Source: Podarcis erhardii
Lineage: Eukaryota
DNA: 64,000 bases
Assembly (NCBI GenBank): GCA_964252035.1
Contig: OZ176207.1
Direction: 5' to 3' (one strand)
Shown here one piece after another: positions 45,744 to 59,500 of this stretch; the stretch's first letter is position 1, and every line of letters starts with the position of its first letter. The notes beneath the pieces are model-generated. The model saw nothing but the letters and a program-made list of their open reading frames with translations, searched no databases and was not told the DNA's origin. A program made the translations under genes and the position numbers.

Positions 45744-48700
45744 CTGCAAAACAAGGGGGGGGAAAGGTAATAATATTTTAAAATGTGAAAAGATTTAAAA
45801 TGTAATCACAGAATTATGAAATGTGGATACTGAGAAGAAAGTAAAACATAAAAATACAGCCAATTTATAATTCACTTTCATTTTAATAGATTAATTCATC
45901 CAAATTACTTTTCTTTCCTACCTCACCAAAAAGAAATGTCCCTGTCCTGAGGGAAGTATACAACATAAAGTCTGACTTAGGAAAGAGATGGAAAGACAGA
46001 GGCACAAGTAACAGGGGAAGAATATGCAAGTACTATGACACATGCTTGAATGTAGTTTCTGTAAAGGTAAGGATAGAAGACTTATGCCAGATGTTTACAA
46101 AGTCATTAAAATCTAGGATTGTGGTAGCCTGCTTGTATCAACATGGTTTCATCAAATGAAGGCTTAGCAAGCTGAATGATTAGGAGTAGGGCTGGGCAAT
46201 ATTAGGATTTCAACATCACGATGTATCATCATCCAAACATTGTGGTTTGGCGATACACCGTGATGTTGAAACAAGTTGTTTTGGCCCCAGCTGGCAAGGC
46301 ATGGGGTGAAACTGCCTCAGCTCTCACTGCAGGAGCTGAGGTGCTTTTACCCCAGTGCCTCGCAGGCCAGGGCCAAGGTGCCTGCTGCTCAGCTGGGAGG
46401 CAGAAAAGCTCCCACCCTCCAGCTGAGCAAGCCCCACTGTCTCCATTGAGGGACAGGCAGCTGTGTGCCCCTGAATGGAGAAGTTTAAAGGTGCCACCAG
46501 TTCACACAAGCCAGAGGCGAGGTGGGGGCTCCATTACACCTGAGGGAGCTGTCTTTGCTGCGTTGAGGCGGGCGAGCTACTTCTTTCTCCCAGGAAAGAG
46601 GCCGCTCTCCCTCCCCTCACTGTCCAAAGATGCCGACTGAGCTGGACAGGCTCCATTTACAGTGCTTTCTCTGCCTTTGCCAGCGCAGGCAGTGGGCAAG
46701 AAAGAGGCAGCCTGCTTGCCCCCCACTCCCTGAAGGTGGACCAGGTGGCGGTAGCTGCCTTTGCCTGTGTGGGTGCAGTGCCACTTTCCTTGTTCACCCC
46801 GGGAGGAAAGATGCAGCCCACCCTCCCAGGCAAAGGCACACAAGCGCATGGAGAGGCTGCCTCTTTCTCCAAGGAAGAGAGATGGCCTGACTCTGCTGGG
46901 AGAAGTCTAACAGAGGACCCACCCCCCATCTCCAGCTTGTGCAAGCCAGAGGCAATGTTAGACTTCATCTGGGCCGTGTGAAGCCTCCTGCTCCCCAGCA
47001 TACAAGCAGGAGAAGGATCAGGGCTCCCTCAGCTGGTGAGTGGGAGCACTTTAACAGAGCCCCCACCCTGCTGCTGGCTCAGGGGCTCCATAAAACTGCT
47101 TGGCTGAGGCAAGGACAGCTGCACACTCCTTAGCCAGGCAGCTTAAAGAAGTGGAGGGAGGAACAAGCTGTACTGCAGTTTCACTCAGCTGCAGCTTGTC
47201 TTGTCCCTTGGCGTGCTGGAGGCAGAGGGGCTCAGTGGCAGTTTCACCCACAATATACCGCCAAGTGAAGCCATCAGCATGGTCTGCCCCTCATTCTGGC
47301 AGATATATTGATGCCCAGTGCTTTTTTTTCTTACACCACCCTCAGAAGACCCACCCTAGAGCCCATCTTCCGGCAGGAGGAGGGGGAGAGCTCCTCGCGA
47401 GGCAAGGGCAGCCCAAGCCACCTCTTCCTCCCAGGAGTTAGAGGTCACCATGTGCAAAGGTGGCTTCTTTAAACTGCTTCTCTGCAAAACCCCTCACATG
47501 ATATTTGTAGAAGATGGTTGCTTACCCATAGCCTGCCAAGAATCCCAGGCTAGGAGGGCTAACTTTGTCACTGAACACAATAAGTTCCAGACTTGTATTT
47601 CCTGCTCCTAGAGTTTTTTTAGTCTGGTTCAGAACCCACCACTCAGTTTCATTATGCCTGGACAGTGAAACAGTGATGTCTTCATTTTTTCCATCTACAA
47701 AAACCAAACAAACCATTTTGTCAGTATCTCATGTGCAAATTATCTTAATTTCAGCTGTTATCTGAGGAATTTTGCTTCAGCTCCTGTACCCACCCTATAC
47801 AGGCAGTCATGCAATCTAGACAATAAAGTGTCTGAATCAGGGTGCATTATGAAATAATATTCATGTTAGAAATGAGCAGTGGATCACTCCATACCTGTCA
47901 AGAGCTGCTTTATGGGTTTTGCAACAGAATCACTAGGTGCCTTGATATAGCGTGGATACACTTCATGCAGTATTCTGCAAAAGAAAAATAAATTGAGGGA
48001 AATACCAATACAAGGTCATTTGAAATTTGCCTTGGATATAATTTTTACAACATGAAAGTCCTAAACAACGAGACCACAGTCAAACCTGGGAATATTCTTC
48101 ATGGCACTGGATTCTAATGCAGAGCTTTCCAAACTTTTCAAGTTGGTGTTTGTAGACATGCATTATTTCACAACACAGTAATTCAGTTTTACTAGCAGAC
48201 TGAAGGTTAAACTAACTCCTTTCCAGCCCCAGGAGAAGTGTTCACATGACACACCAACACACTAGTGTGTCGCAAGACAGTTTGGAAAGCTCTGTTTTAA
48301 TGGAATTTACAGTATTTTTCTGTCAGTAGCTAGCTCTGCCTCCGCTAAATATTCTCCACTTAGGATAGAATGAGGGCCACATGAGAGCTTCAGGTTGCAT
48401 CTTATTGTATGCATTTCTCAGCATCTCCCTTCCTTTCTACTTTTGCCTCTCTCCCCTTCAGGTGCCTCTGGCCTGCAATAATTCAGCCTTTCTCCAATAG
48501 CTAACTGCCAAAGCTGACAACATCAACATCTTTGTTTGGTAGCGCATGTGCATGCACACAGCAGATGGTAGATAGGACTCCTCCCCACTTCATTATAAGA
48601 AAGTGCAGAAGGATAAATATAGTTAAATGAGGTTATCTTACTGAAAATCGAAATAACTACAAAATGCCACTTTGGAAATAAGGCAACAGTTGCAACACAT

Positions 48701-51700
48701 TTTTACAGGAGTTGCAATATTGCAATTTTCTTTGCCTAAGTCAGTAATTTGTAGCTCTGCTTATAAGAAAAATCAACATATTAATAAGCATAGAAAATGA
48801 CTTACACAGGTGCAGGTTGCATTTGGTTGTCCATCATTTTAGCAATAAGTTTTCTTGCTTGCTTTCGTAGGTTGTGACTCTGTTTATCAGATGCTATTTC
48901 TGCTTTTGCTCCAAGGGAGAGGTTTCTTTAAGAAAATGTATGAACAAGAGTAAGGCGGTGCAACAGTTGATGAATGTACAATTGCTCTGACTTTGCTGTA
49001 TTCAAAATGCCATTCTCACTGGGTGATAGACTATGTTATATTTCTTTGAGAACTAGGAATGAAGGCCAAGACCCAATTCTGGCAGACCCCCAGTTCTGCA
49101 ACAGACAGGAATATGGAGGGTAGGATTGATTACTCCTAGGGAACTTTCTTTCTTTTCATTGTAGGGAATTGCAGGAATTGCTGGCCAAATAGCCACAAGG
49201 CATCTGCACCTCCTTTTAAAAAACAAGGTAGACACAGAGGCAGTCTTAACATGTGAGATCTGTATGAGGTATGAATGGAGGATCCAGCAATGTGCAGATT
49301 CAAGAGCAGAAACAAATCCAATCCGTACATTGGTCAGGATAGTTCAGATTGGGTGAATCCCCATTAGATTTGCTTTTGGGCAAATTACCGCTCCATGACC
49401 ATTGGCAACTCAATCCTATAATAATAATAATAATATTATAATAATTTATTATTTATACTCCGCCCATCTGGCTGGGTTTCCCCAGCCAGTCTGGGCAGCT
49501 CCCAACCGAAAAAAACACAATACAGCATTAAACATTAAAAACTTTCCTAAACAGGGCTGCCTTTAGTTGTCTTTTAAAAGTAAGGTAGTTGCTTATTGCC
49601 TTGACATCTGATGGGAGGGCGTTCCACAGCGCAGGTGCCACTACCAAGAAGGCCCTCTGCCTGGTTCCCTGTAACCTCACTTCTCACAGTGAGGGAACCG
49701 CCAGAAGGCCCTTGGCACTGGACCTCAGTGTCCGGGCTGGACAATGAGGGTAGAGATGCTCCTTCAGGTACACTGGACCCATAACTGCAGTGGTTCAAAA
49801 ATAATTGCCCTGCCCCCTGTTGAAGCAACATCTACATCCAAGTACTATCAGAAAACCCAACTGTCTTTTATTTGATGCTAATAATTTTGCTGCACCGAGA
49901 ATGTCATGATGGGAGGCGTTTGTCCTTGCTTCTTTCCATTTTCTAAGAGATGACAAACAAGTGATCCGGATTTACCACAATTGTACCAGAATGTATGTGT
50001 TCTTCAGGGAGCTCATGGATTTGGCAGGGGGGCTTTTAGCTGGCTCCTAGTGCCAAGGAACCTTAGACAAAGTGATCCCTAAGCAATGATATGTAGGGAT
50101 TGTGTCAGTCACTAGACAAACAGCAATAACACTATATACAGATAGGTAGCCGTGTTGGTCTGCCATAGTCAAAACAAAAGAAAAAAATTCCTTCCAGTAG
50201 CACTGTGTATCTGAAGAAGTGTGCATGCACACGAAAGCTCATACCAAGAACTAACTTAGTTGGTCTTTAAGGTGCTACTGGAAGGAATTTTTTTATTTTG
50301 TTTTGAATAACACTATATGTTAGCAATGAGGCCATACCTTTGAATACTCCATGAAATAACTACAGAAAATTCAGCATTCTCTGCATTGAGCTCATCAATC
50401 ATTTTTTTCCTGCTGGGAGGGCTGATAGTCCATAAGGAATTTGAATTGCCTTCTAGCTGTGCAACTGTTATATCTTCATTACCATAGTTTTCTAGAAACT
50501 GTAGAGCAGCCTAAAAAAAAAAGGAGGAAGATGAAGCTTTTATCCCTTTGCCTTCAAATTCTTTTTGGTACTTGTTGCTGGTATCATTCTTCAGTAGCCC
50601 ACAAAAAGATGGAGGGAGAGGCAGTTTGGAGAAAATATTATGTACTATGACTAGGGCAATAGCTGAATGCAAGGGGAAGTGCTGAATCAGCAAACTTCAC
50701 CCAGGTAGAGCAAACAACTGCAACACATTTTGTCAGTGCAGCATCCTAAAGCTTGACATGCTTTATGCCATGACAAAGATTCTGGTATTACAGGCAGATG
50801 GAAATAACTCTACAGTTAATGCCAGTGCTTTCCACCCAGTATTTTGCCATTACAAAGTATGAAAATTCTATTAATCATAAAATCAGTTGGAAATATGACA
50901 TGGAGAATCTACCTCACAGAACGCTCATAAAGAATGTCTCAGTTCTTGTCGCTTTAAAACTACAACTACAGTTGCTGTGAACTACAGCCTTCACTGTGTT
51001 TATTTGTTTGTTTCAAAGCACTTCTAAATCACTTGATACCTTAAAAGTTCAGCAGGCACTTAAAAGAAATAAAATTACTTACTGTATTAGAGCGAAAACT
51101 CTTTAGGAAACTGCTATATTCCGCTGGTGTCATATTTTTTAGTTGACTCTGCTGAGCACTCATAGTAAAAATAGGCTGGAGAGTAAGAACACAGAGTTTA
51201 ATAACAGAATCAGGATTTTTTTTAAAAAAAAGAATCAAAATTCAAGGCATTTATCGAGGCAGCCAACCTTCTCTGAACCAGCTATGTCTTTAGGGCTGGT
51301 CCAGATTGTGGAGCTCACAGAACACTGATTTTACACACACTGCAGCAACTGGGAGAATTCCTCAGTGGCAGGAAAAATATACAAGGTGGGCATCCCACAC
51401 TCACTCTTATTTCACAGAAATCACATATCTTGCCTTCTAGGAGGGCTAAGAGACTTGGGTGTTTGTTTTTTTAAATGAAAAAACCCAGGGGCAGCAGTAA
51501 GGGCCTTCACAGCCATGGGCACTGGGCTGGCAACTCCTGACATATATTTATATAAGGAACGTTTAGTATTTAAAGGAAACAGATGAAGGGAAAGATGACA
51601 TTTTAGTTTCTTGTTCGTACCTGATAACCTCCTAAAGTTATTGTAATGGATACATCAAGAGGTTTATTTGTGACGCCTGCAACAGATTTAATTAGAGACA

Positions 51701-54700
51701 TGAAGAGCAGAGGGAACCAAACGATGCAAATCAGCAAGACGATAATCATGCCACCCATTCCGTATTTCACAACCTTCTTCTTCTTCTGGCCCCTTGGCTG
51801 TGGATATCGCTGTAATTAGCAATGTAAAACATTAGGAGACTATATTGCGCTTTTTCTAGAATTTTTAAACATTATTTTACTTTTGGATTTTATGAGCAAT
51901 CTTCTAAACTCAGAACCTTATGTATTTTTTAAATATATATATATATAAACTATATGTTACAAGCATCTCCCAAAATTTAGTGTATACTTATTTTAGCCAT
52001 ATATATATTTCATATTTCAAGGAGCCGTAAGCCCCTGTCTTGCCATCCATAGTTAATCATTTAAATGTTATTAGAAGGCTGCAGATTGCAGGATAGGTTG
52101 GTCACCCTTAAGAAAAACATTATCATCCAAGGATGGGGGTGGACAGTGAGCTGGAAACATCTTAAACCAAATACCTAGTATAATAGCATGAGTATAATAG
52201 CACTTGTTTTGCATAGGATAGCAATGAGTTTGATGTAAAAAGCCCTTTGCAGTACCTTGTCTTAATCTATCTGGGTAGATTTCTAGCCAGGTTTTTAGGG
52301 TGTTCCTTCAGTGATTGCTTTGGGTCTTATTTTCAGAATCACTTCAGCATATGGCAGCCACAGGAAACAACCATTTGTGCATCCTGAATATATTCTGTCA
52401 TGCAGTGAATTCAGCTTTTGGCATTCCACCCACATGTTGGAGTCTGCAGTGGCATACTAAAGTCTAAGGCAGTACAGGGCAATGGTAGTATATTACTAGT
52501 TCAGCATGCACCAATATCTGCTAACATTCAACACAGGCTGTTTGGGGGGCATCAAGCCTAGAAGCAGTTGTGAGAAAAGGCCTTTAGACAGTCCCTGGGT
52601 CTATCAGTTGAGGAAGATGGGTTATTAAATTAGACACCATAACTCATAAAAAGGTGATGGTGGGGTTACTGTAATCTTAAAAAAAAAACAACAGTGAAAA
52701 GGAAATAAACTGGACATACAGGAATTTACAGGATTAGCCTATACTGGCTCAAAAAAGCTAACAATGCATGCAAAATACGGATTGTATGCCAAAAATAATA
52801 AATTAGAGTTGCAAACTAATTCCTACTGAAGACAGTGGCAACATTTCAAATGCTTTTAATGGATCTGGAGTGCACCCATAGTTGAAATGTTGCAGTGGTC
52901 CATTTAGAAGCTATTTCCTGCAGTTCACATGAATTTATGTTGAACAGTTCTGCTTTTGGTTAAGAGTTCCTGTTTCAGGTAAGTAAATAAGGAACTTTTT
53001 GGACCATTGCATTTGAACCAGATTCAGCTGTTATAACTTTTTATGCCCTGGTCCTAAATTCTTAGTTGTTGTTTTTTTAAACTACTGTTAAATTTACGGC
53101 TTCTGAAAAGAAGAGCTGAAATAACTTAACATTTTATGGGACCCTTCAGTTTTAATTCTTGTCAGGCTTTTAAACCATCTCTGGAATATGTGTATACAAT
53201 TCGAGGTTTACATTTGCAGACACAATTGTCTATTTATATGTGAAGGTACCTGAAAGATAATTAGATGAGCACAAAACTACTTGAAACACCATCAGTGTAA
53301 GAACATAAGATCCCTATTGCATCGTACTGGTACGATCACAAGAAAAATGGCACCTTAAAATATTAGAATATATAGAATTTGCCAGCATGACAAATAGATT
53401 GAGATATAAAGATGATAAGGATTTAATAGAGGTTTGGACATTGTATATAGATTATATAGAAATATATTGCAATAAGAAAATAATCATAATAGGCTGACAA
53501 AAAATACTCTGCAGTAGAGGTTACAACGTGGGATAGTGTAAGTAAGGTAATGAAAACAACTTAGTAAGTAAGAAAACGCAACTGAAAAGATAGCAGATAG
53601 GAAACCAGGGAAAGAATGGAAGGAGAGTAAAGGTTAAGGTTTATAATAGTGAAACAAATTGGAGAAATAAGTTATATTACCATTGATATTCATATATTTG
53701 TTATTTTTCTTTCTTATTGTCCTATGTATATCTGTAACACAGTATGCGTTGATGATATAATGAAACAGAAAAGCAAATAATTTTATTTTTCTTAAAGAAA
53801 GGATCCCTATTGGATCAAACCAAAGGCCCATCTAGTCCACCATCTTGTTCTCACAGTAACCAACCAGATGCCTATGGAAAGGACAGGAGTGCAACAGAAC
53901 TTTCCCATTTGTGACCCCCAGAGGCATTCTCTAGCCATCATGACTAGTAACCATTGACAGCAGGACATGGTTGGTAGTCGTCACTACATCTTGTGGTAGG
54001 GTAGTGAATTCCATAGCTTAGCTATGTACTGGGTGAAGAAGTACTTTTTATCTATTTTGAATCTTCCAACATGCCAACACGCAGCTTCACTAGATGACCC
54101 CAGGATCTAGTATTATGAGAGAGATAAAGCATTTCTCCCTATTCACTTTCTCTGTACCATACATGTTTTTACACTTCCATCTTGTCGGTCTTTACCTGCC
54201 TCTTTTCAAAGTAAAAGACTCCAAAAATTGCTAAGTGGCTAATAATAAATCCATGACTATCAATGGCTACTAGCCAAGATGGCTATGCTCTGCCTGCATG
54301 TTTGGAGCCTTTATGCTTCTGAATACCACAGGAAGGGAGAGTGCTCTCGTGCTTGGATCCTGCTTTTGGGTTTCCCACAGACATCTGGCTGGCCACTGTG
54401 ATAACATTATGGTGGACTACATGGGCCATTGGCCTGATCCAGCAGGCTCTTCATATAATAAGAATCTAAGAACCCAAAGTTCTTAGGTTCTTATTATAAC
54501 TTTTCCTAAGGGAGTTGCTCCAGTCCCGTAATCATTTTTGACTACCCTTTTCTGAATCTTTCCCACCTACACAATCTCTCTCGTGAGATGTGGTGAACAG
54601 AACTGTGCAGAGCGATACCATCATAGATTTGTATAAAGGCATGATTTTCAGATATGAATTTTCTATCTTGTGCTTCCTCAAGATCTTACACTATGATCTA

Positions 54701-56510
54701 TGCCCTCATAAAACATTTAATGAAAATAAATGGGGTTTTTTTAGGGGGGGGGGAATCTTACCTTTTCAGACTCTCGCCAGCACTTTAGGATGAATATATG
54801 AGCATAAATATCTTCAACACAGATCCAGCTAGAGAGGCTTAATGTGGTATCTGTCCAAACCCAGTCCATTACTGCCCTCAGCTCAGTTAAGAATGGTACC
54901 AAGCGGAATCTAGACAAAAAGAAATAATCACAGGTGAAGGTTCTGTTTTAACTGAAGAATATTAAATCAAGTATCCGATATCCGATATCTTTATGGTCAT
55001 TGTCCCATGCAGAACAATGAAATTGAAAAACTACATAAAACTACATAAAAAACTACATAAAACTACATAAAAACTACATAAAACATTCAAAAACCCCTAA
55101 AAACTCTGAAACCCCATTTTAAAATACACTATACTATAGAGACCCCTTATGCTGCATTTAAAACCAGAGAAAAACTGTTTCTCAGGCGGCTAGTCTGGCC
55201 TTTATAACTCTATACCTTCTTCCAGAAGGCAGAAGCTGAAAGAGATGTTGTAGCATTTAAGGTTTCAGGTGATTTATGTGCTCATTTTTAATTGTTTTGG
55301 TTAACTTTTGGGAGTTCTAAAAGATTAGTTACGTTTCTGATCATTCATGACTAGTTGCTTTGACTGCAAAAAGGAGATTTAAATTTTCCTGTCATGCAGC
55401 AGCTCTGTGGTCACTGATGATGCACTGATGATTATCAAATCATACTGAATAACTCAAATATATATTAAAAGTTGTATGCCACTCTTGAAGACCCTATTTG
55501 AGGGTAAATGTCACTATAGCTAAATAAATGTGTGACTGAAAAGAAATAGCCATACTCACCCCTGAAATAAGAAGAGGTTTACATAATTGTAACTTTTTGT
55601 GAGGAAATTGCCAAGTACACGAGTTGGGTAGCCACAACGTATCTGATATGCCGATAAGCCAAAATAAACACATTTCACAAAATACCAAAGTTGTGCAACA
55701 ATATTTTGGCTAAATTTCCTGCAACATAAAATAGATGGGAGAAAATTAATATAGACACACATACTTTTATCACATTTTTTAAGGCAGTAGACTAAATCAC
55801 TGCTAAATTAAAAGCGTAATATTATTATTTTTTTAAAACAACAACAACAACCCAAACACGTACCTTTCTGTCACTCCAGGCAAGATAAAGAACATCCAAA
55901 AGTGTATACCAAAAACAAGTATGACCTGGAAGATGACTTTTCCCATGACAGTCTTTCTTAGATACAGTGCCCGATCTACTACCATGGTTCCAAACTGAAT
56001 TAGCACCATCACTAAGAATGCACTTGGCACTTGGTCCTCTGATAACGAAGAGGTGATATCTGCTGCTGCAGAGTGTTTCTGCAAAGAAAAACAGGAGCAA
56101 TAAGGTACAGGGAGTATTTGTCATAAGAGATAGTCATTTATGACAAAAAAATTCCAAATACATCAAATTCCTTATAACATACCCCAAAAGCCCAGAATCC
56201 AAACACAATGATAATGAAGTCGACAGTATCAGCAAGGAACATCAGGACATAAACATCAGTCACAGCACTGTAATCTGGGTGGATAAGATTGTAGAAAAAC
56301 TGTTTGATGGGCACATATACCTGAAGGGTCCTGAAATAACAGAAAATACAGTCTTACAAATAACTTTATGTAAAGAACTATGCAGTTTAATTTACTACCC
56401 CCAAGAATGTATACATTTGCGTAGAGATAACTAAAAAAAGGAATGAAGTCAGACTTGGGGACCATGATGGCCCTTTGGTCCTATATGAGGGATGACGATG
56501 ATGATGATAT

Positions 56511-56561
<51 letters not shown>

Positions 56562-59500
56562 TACCCCGCCCATCTGGCTGGGCTTCCCCAGCCACCCTGG
56601 GCGGCTTCCAAAAAAATATTAAAATACTGTAATACATCAAACATTAAAAGCTTCCCTAAACAGGGCTGCCTTCAGATGTCTTCTGAAAATCTGGTAGTAG
56701 TTGTTCTCTTTGACATCTGGTGGGAGGGCGTTCCACAGGGAGGGCGCCACTACCGAGAAGGCCCTCTGCCTGGTTCCCTGTAACTTGAGAAAACCAAGTG
56801 AGCCTGAAGGTCTGGCTTGCATTGCATTCTTGCCCATTCCTAGGTGTAGAGAAAGCAGATAACGACTCAGGCCTCTCTCTCTCTGGTCCTTGGTATTCTC
56901 CCCCAGGCCACACCCCTCAGCTATTGTACCTCACACCCTCATTGAGTGTTTTCGATTGACTTGGATATGTCCTTGAATTTTTATAATGCAGTTTGATTGT
57001 TCAGATGAAGAACAGAGTGTATGTGTGTGTAGAAAGTCCATTGTTTTGCTCTGCCAAATATTGTTTCTGGTCTTTCCCACTGCTGACATGTGGCCCTTGG
57101 AAGGTTGCTCAGAAGAGACTGTGGCCCTCAAGCTGAAAAAGGTTCCCCTCTCCTGCTCTAGAACATTTAGGGCAAGTGAAAAAGGACAAAGACACAATGT
57201 GGGAGAATATGAAGACAAACAAAGAGAGAATCAGCGCACTGGTAAAACTGTTACTTGGAGCCTCAGGACTGAATTGTGCTTTGTTACTAAACCTTCAGAT
57301 ATTAGCCTTTTATGGAATTGCAATCTTCTAAAAATCCTCCACAGAGCACTGCAGAATCAATTCCTGATTTCATTTAAACTGATACAAACTTTAATTGCTC
57401 ACTTTTTAATGGTAAATGCCTTAGCTATGATAAGTTGTTCCCGCAGCTTGTCCATGAGAAGTTCTTTTCTTGATTTTTGTTTTATGCTCAGCACACTGCT
57501 TCCTTTTTGACTGCTGTTCCGTGTGCTGGTACTTCCTGAGAAAACAGTTGCGGGGAGAAATTACAAAGTGATACATCAATCTTAAACCTCCGTTTACCCT
57601 GGATTATGGTAAGTACTAAGCAATTCACAGAGTTTTGGCATGATTCAGATGTAATCCATCTCCTCCTTTGTACCCGTAAGGAGGAGATCAAATCCTGATT
57701 TTAAATAAACCACAGTTCCTTGTGATGTCTTAACTTTGAAGACTGTGGCATGCTGAAACAATGGTGGGCAAGAACAAGCAGGATCTAAAAAGCTCCATTG
57801 ATACTTCTCTAAAAGGTAGTTTCCCATTGCCTGTAGAAGTCATCAAGTTGGGTAACATCTCCATCTTAGTTCCCATAGTTTAATTCACTCCTCCTGCCTT
57901 CATCCAAACAGTCACATATTTCTTAAGCTCCCATTATTTCTCATCCTTGCTCCAGTTCATACATCTTTCCCTCCAATATTTGTGAGTTTTCTTTTCCTCT
58001 GTGAGTCTTCCAGCTGCCCCATTTCCCCCTCCCACTTGTGCAGCTTGGCAGTCCTTCCGTTTTTCCTCCTGCACCCTCTGGCCAACCTCCTCATCTCTCT
58101 CCACTTGTCTCTTGCCCCAGTGTGCTTTCCCCCCACTGCAGCCTCTCTCACTTGTTCCAGCCTCTTGTTCTCCCTTGTTTAAATTAAAGTATCCTCACTT
58201 GCCTTCTCTGCTTGCCTTGCCTTGCCCTGTCTCCTTCTCCTGTCTCCCCTGTGGCTGCTTCAGAGTAGAAGGTGTTTCCTGCCACTGGCAAGAAATCAAT
58301 GACTAAGCAAGTACAACGTGTAATGCCACATTCTGTTTTAGAGTCTTGATCATGGACCAAATGCATACCTCTTTTTGAACGGTGTGAGGAGAAGCTAGAT
58401 CTGTGAGAAAGCTGTGAGCCACTACTTGAACTTTTCCTACGGATGGCAGTCTGCTGCTCTGGGAAATGAACATGTATGGATTCAACAGATGCTGCCAAAT
58501 TGACTGATGTCAAAGAGCCAGCAGAACCTCTCCTGTCCGACTCAACTGACTCATCATCAGAGTCGCCTTTACTGCTGCAGTTGTCTCCTCCATCATCTTC
58601 ATCCCACAATCCATGACACTAAAAAAATAAAGTTAAGCAATTATATTTAAAATTATATTATATTTTAAAATTGGCTATTGTTGGGATTCCTTCTCTTTAT
58701 AAAATACACATGCTAATGGTATACATTCTTATCTTCAAGTCACTTAACCTCTTGTGCACCATATTTAAAGAATAAAGCTACTGAAATACTTAATTTTAAC
58801 TTTGTGTGCTGGTTCATTACTTAACTTCTAAAATGAGGAGCTTTAGTTCAGGCATTCTTCAATACCACAGCCCTAATCAAGATTTGTGAAGCTAGTTATG
58901 GTTGAAAAGGCATGCAACAGAATTGTAAACAAGTTTTAGGGCCAAACTCTGGTTGACAAAGATCAGTTTTAAAGTCTTGGTTCTTTTGAGTTGGTGGAGC
59001 TATTTGCTCACAAAAGCTTATAAGCAATCCATGCTATAACTTTAAATCAGAAATTAAGACAGCTAACTAATCATATTCAGATCTGATGAAATGTTGCAGT
59101 GAAAACATTTCATTTAGCCTAAGAAGTGACTCCACGACTCTTAATATTTATAATTTGGAAACCGCAATTCAGATATGATGGGAAGTCAGCCACATCCTTC
59201 TATATAAAAATCTAAAGTTAAAAACAATGAAATACATTTTTAAATTCCAAAATACCTTTAAAATGGATCGATGAAAAAACAAAGCAAGTAGTTGAACGAG
59301 GTCATAGTGAACATAACCCTCTTTCTTCTCAACACCAATAATATTGGGAGGATGGTAAGGCTTGTCCTTGTTTAGTTCTAGTTGCTTATTCCAAGGAAAG
59401 AAGCCAAACTGGAAAAAATATTTTATAACAATTGTTACCTGTGCAAAAAAAAAAAAAAAAAAAAAGAAAACAGAGAAAGATGAAAAATAGCTTCATGTTA

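Noticed and set aside
46221-47441. Many overlapping 60-139 aa ORFs in the last PIEZO2 intron
   Set aside because: GC-rich interior of a probable non-autonomous hAT element; no coherent protein
55026-55086. Regular short repeats considered as a CRISPR-like array
   Set aside because: No unique spacers; vertebrate LINE tail minisatellite
56986-57510. 174-aa ORF on + strand
   Set aside because: Antisense shadow of a PIEZO2 exon plus intron; no homology recognised
57658-57688. 11-bp perfect hairpin atctcctcctt / aaggaggagat upstream of a PIEZO2 acceptor
   Set aside because: Short, low-complexity stem expected by chance in 64 kb; no other support
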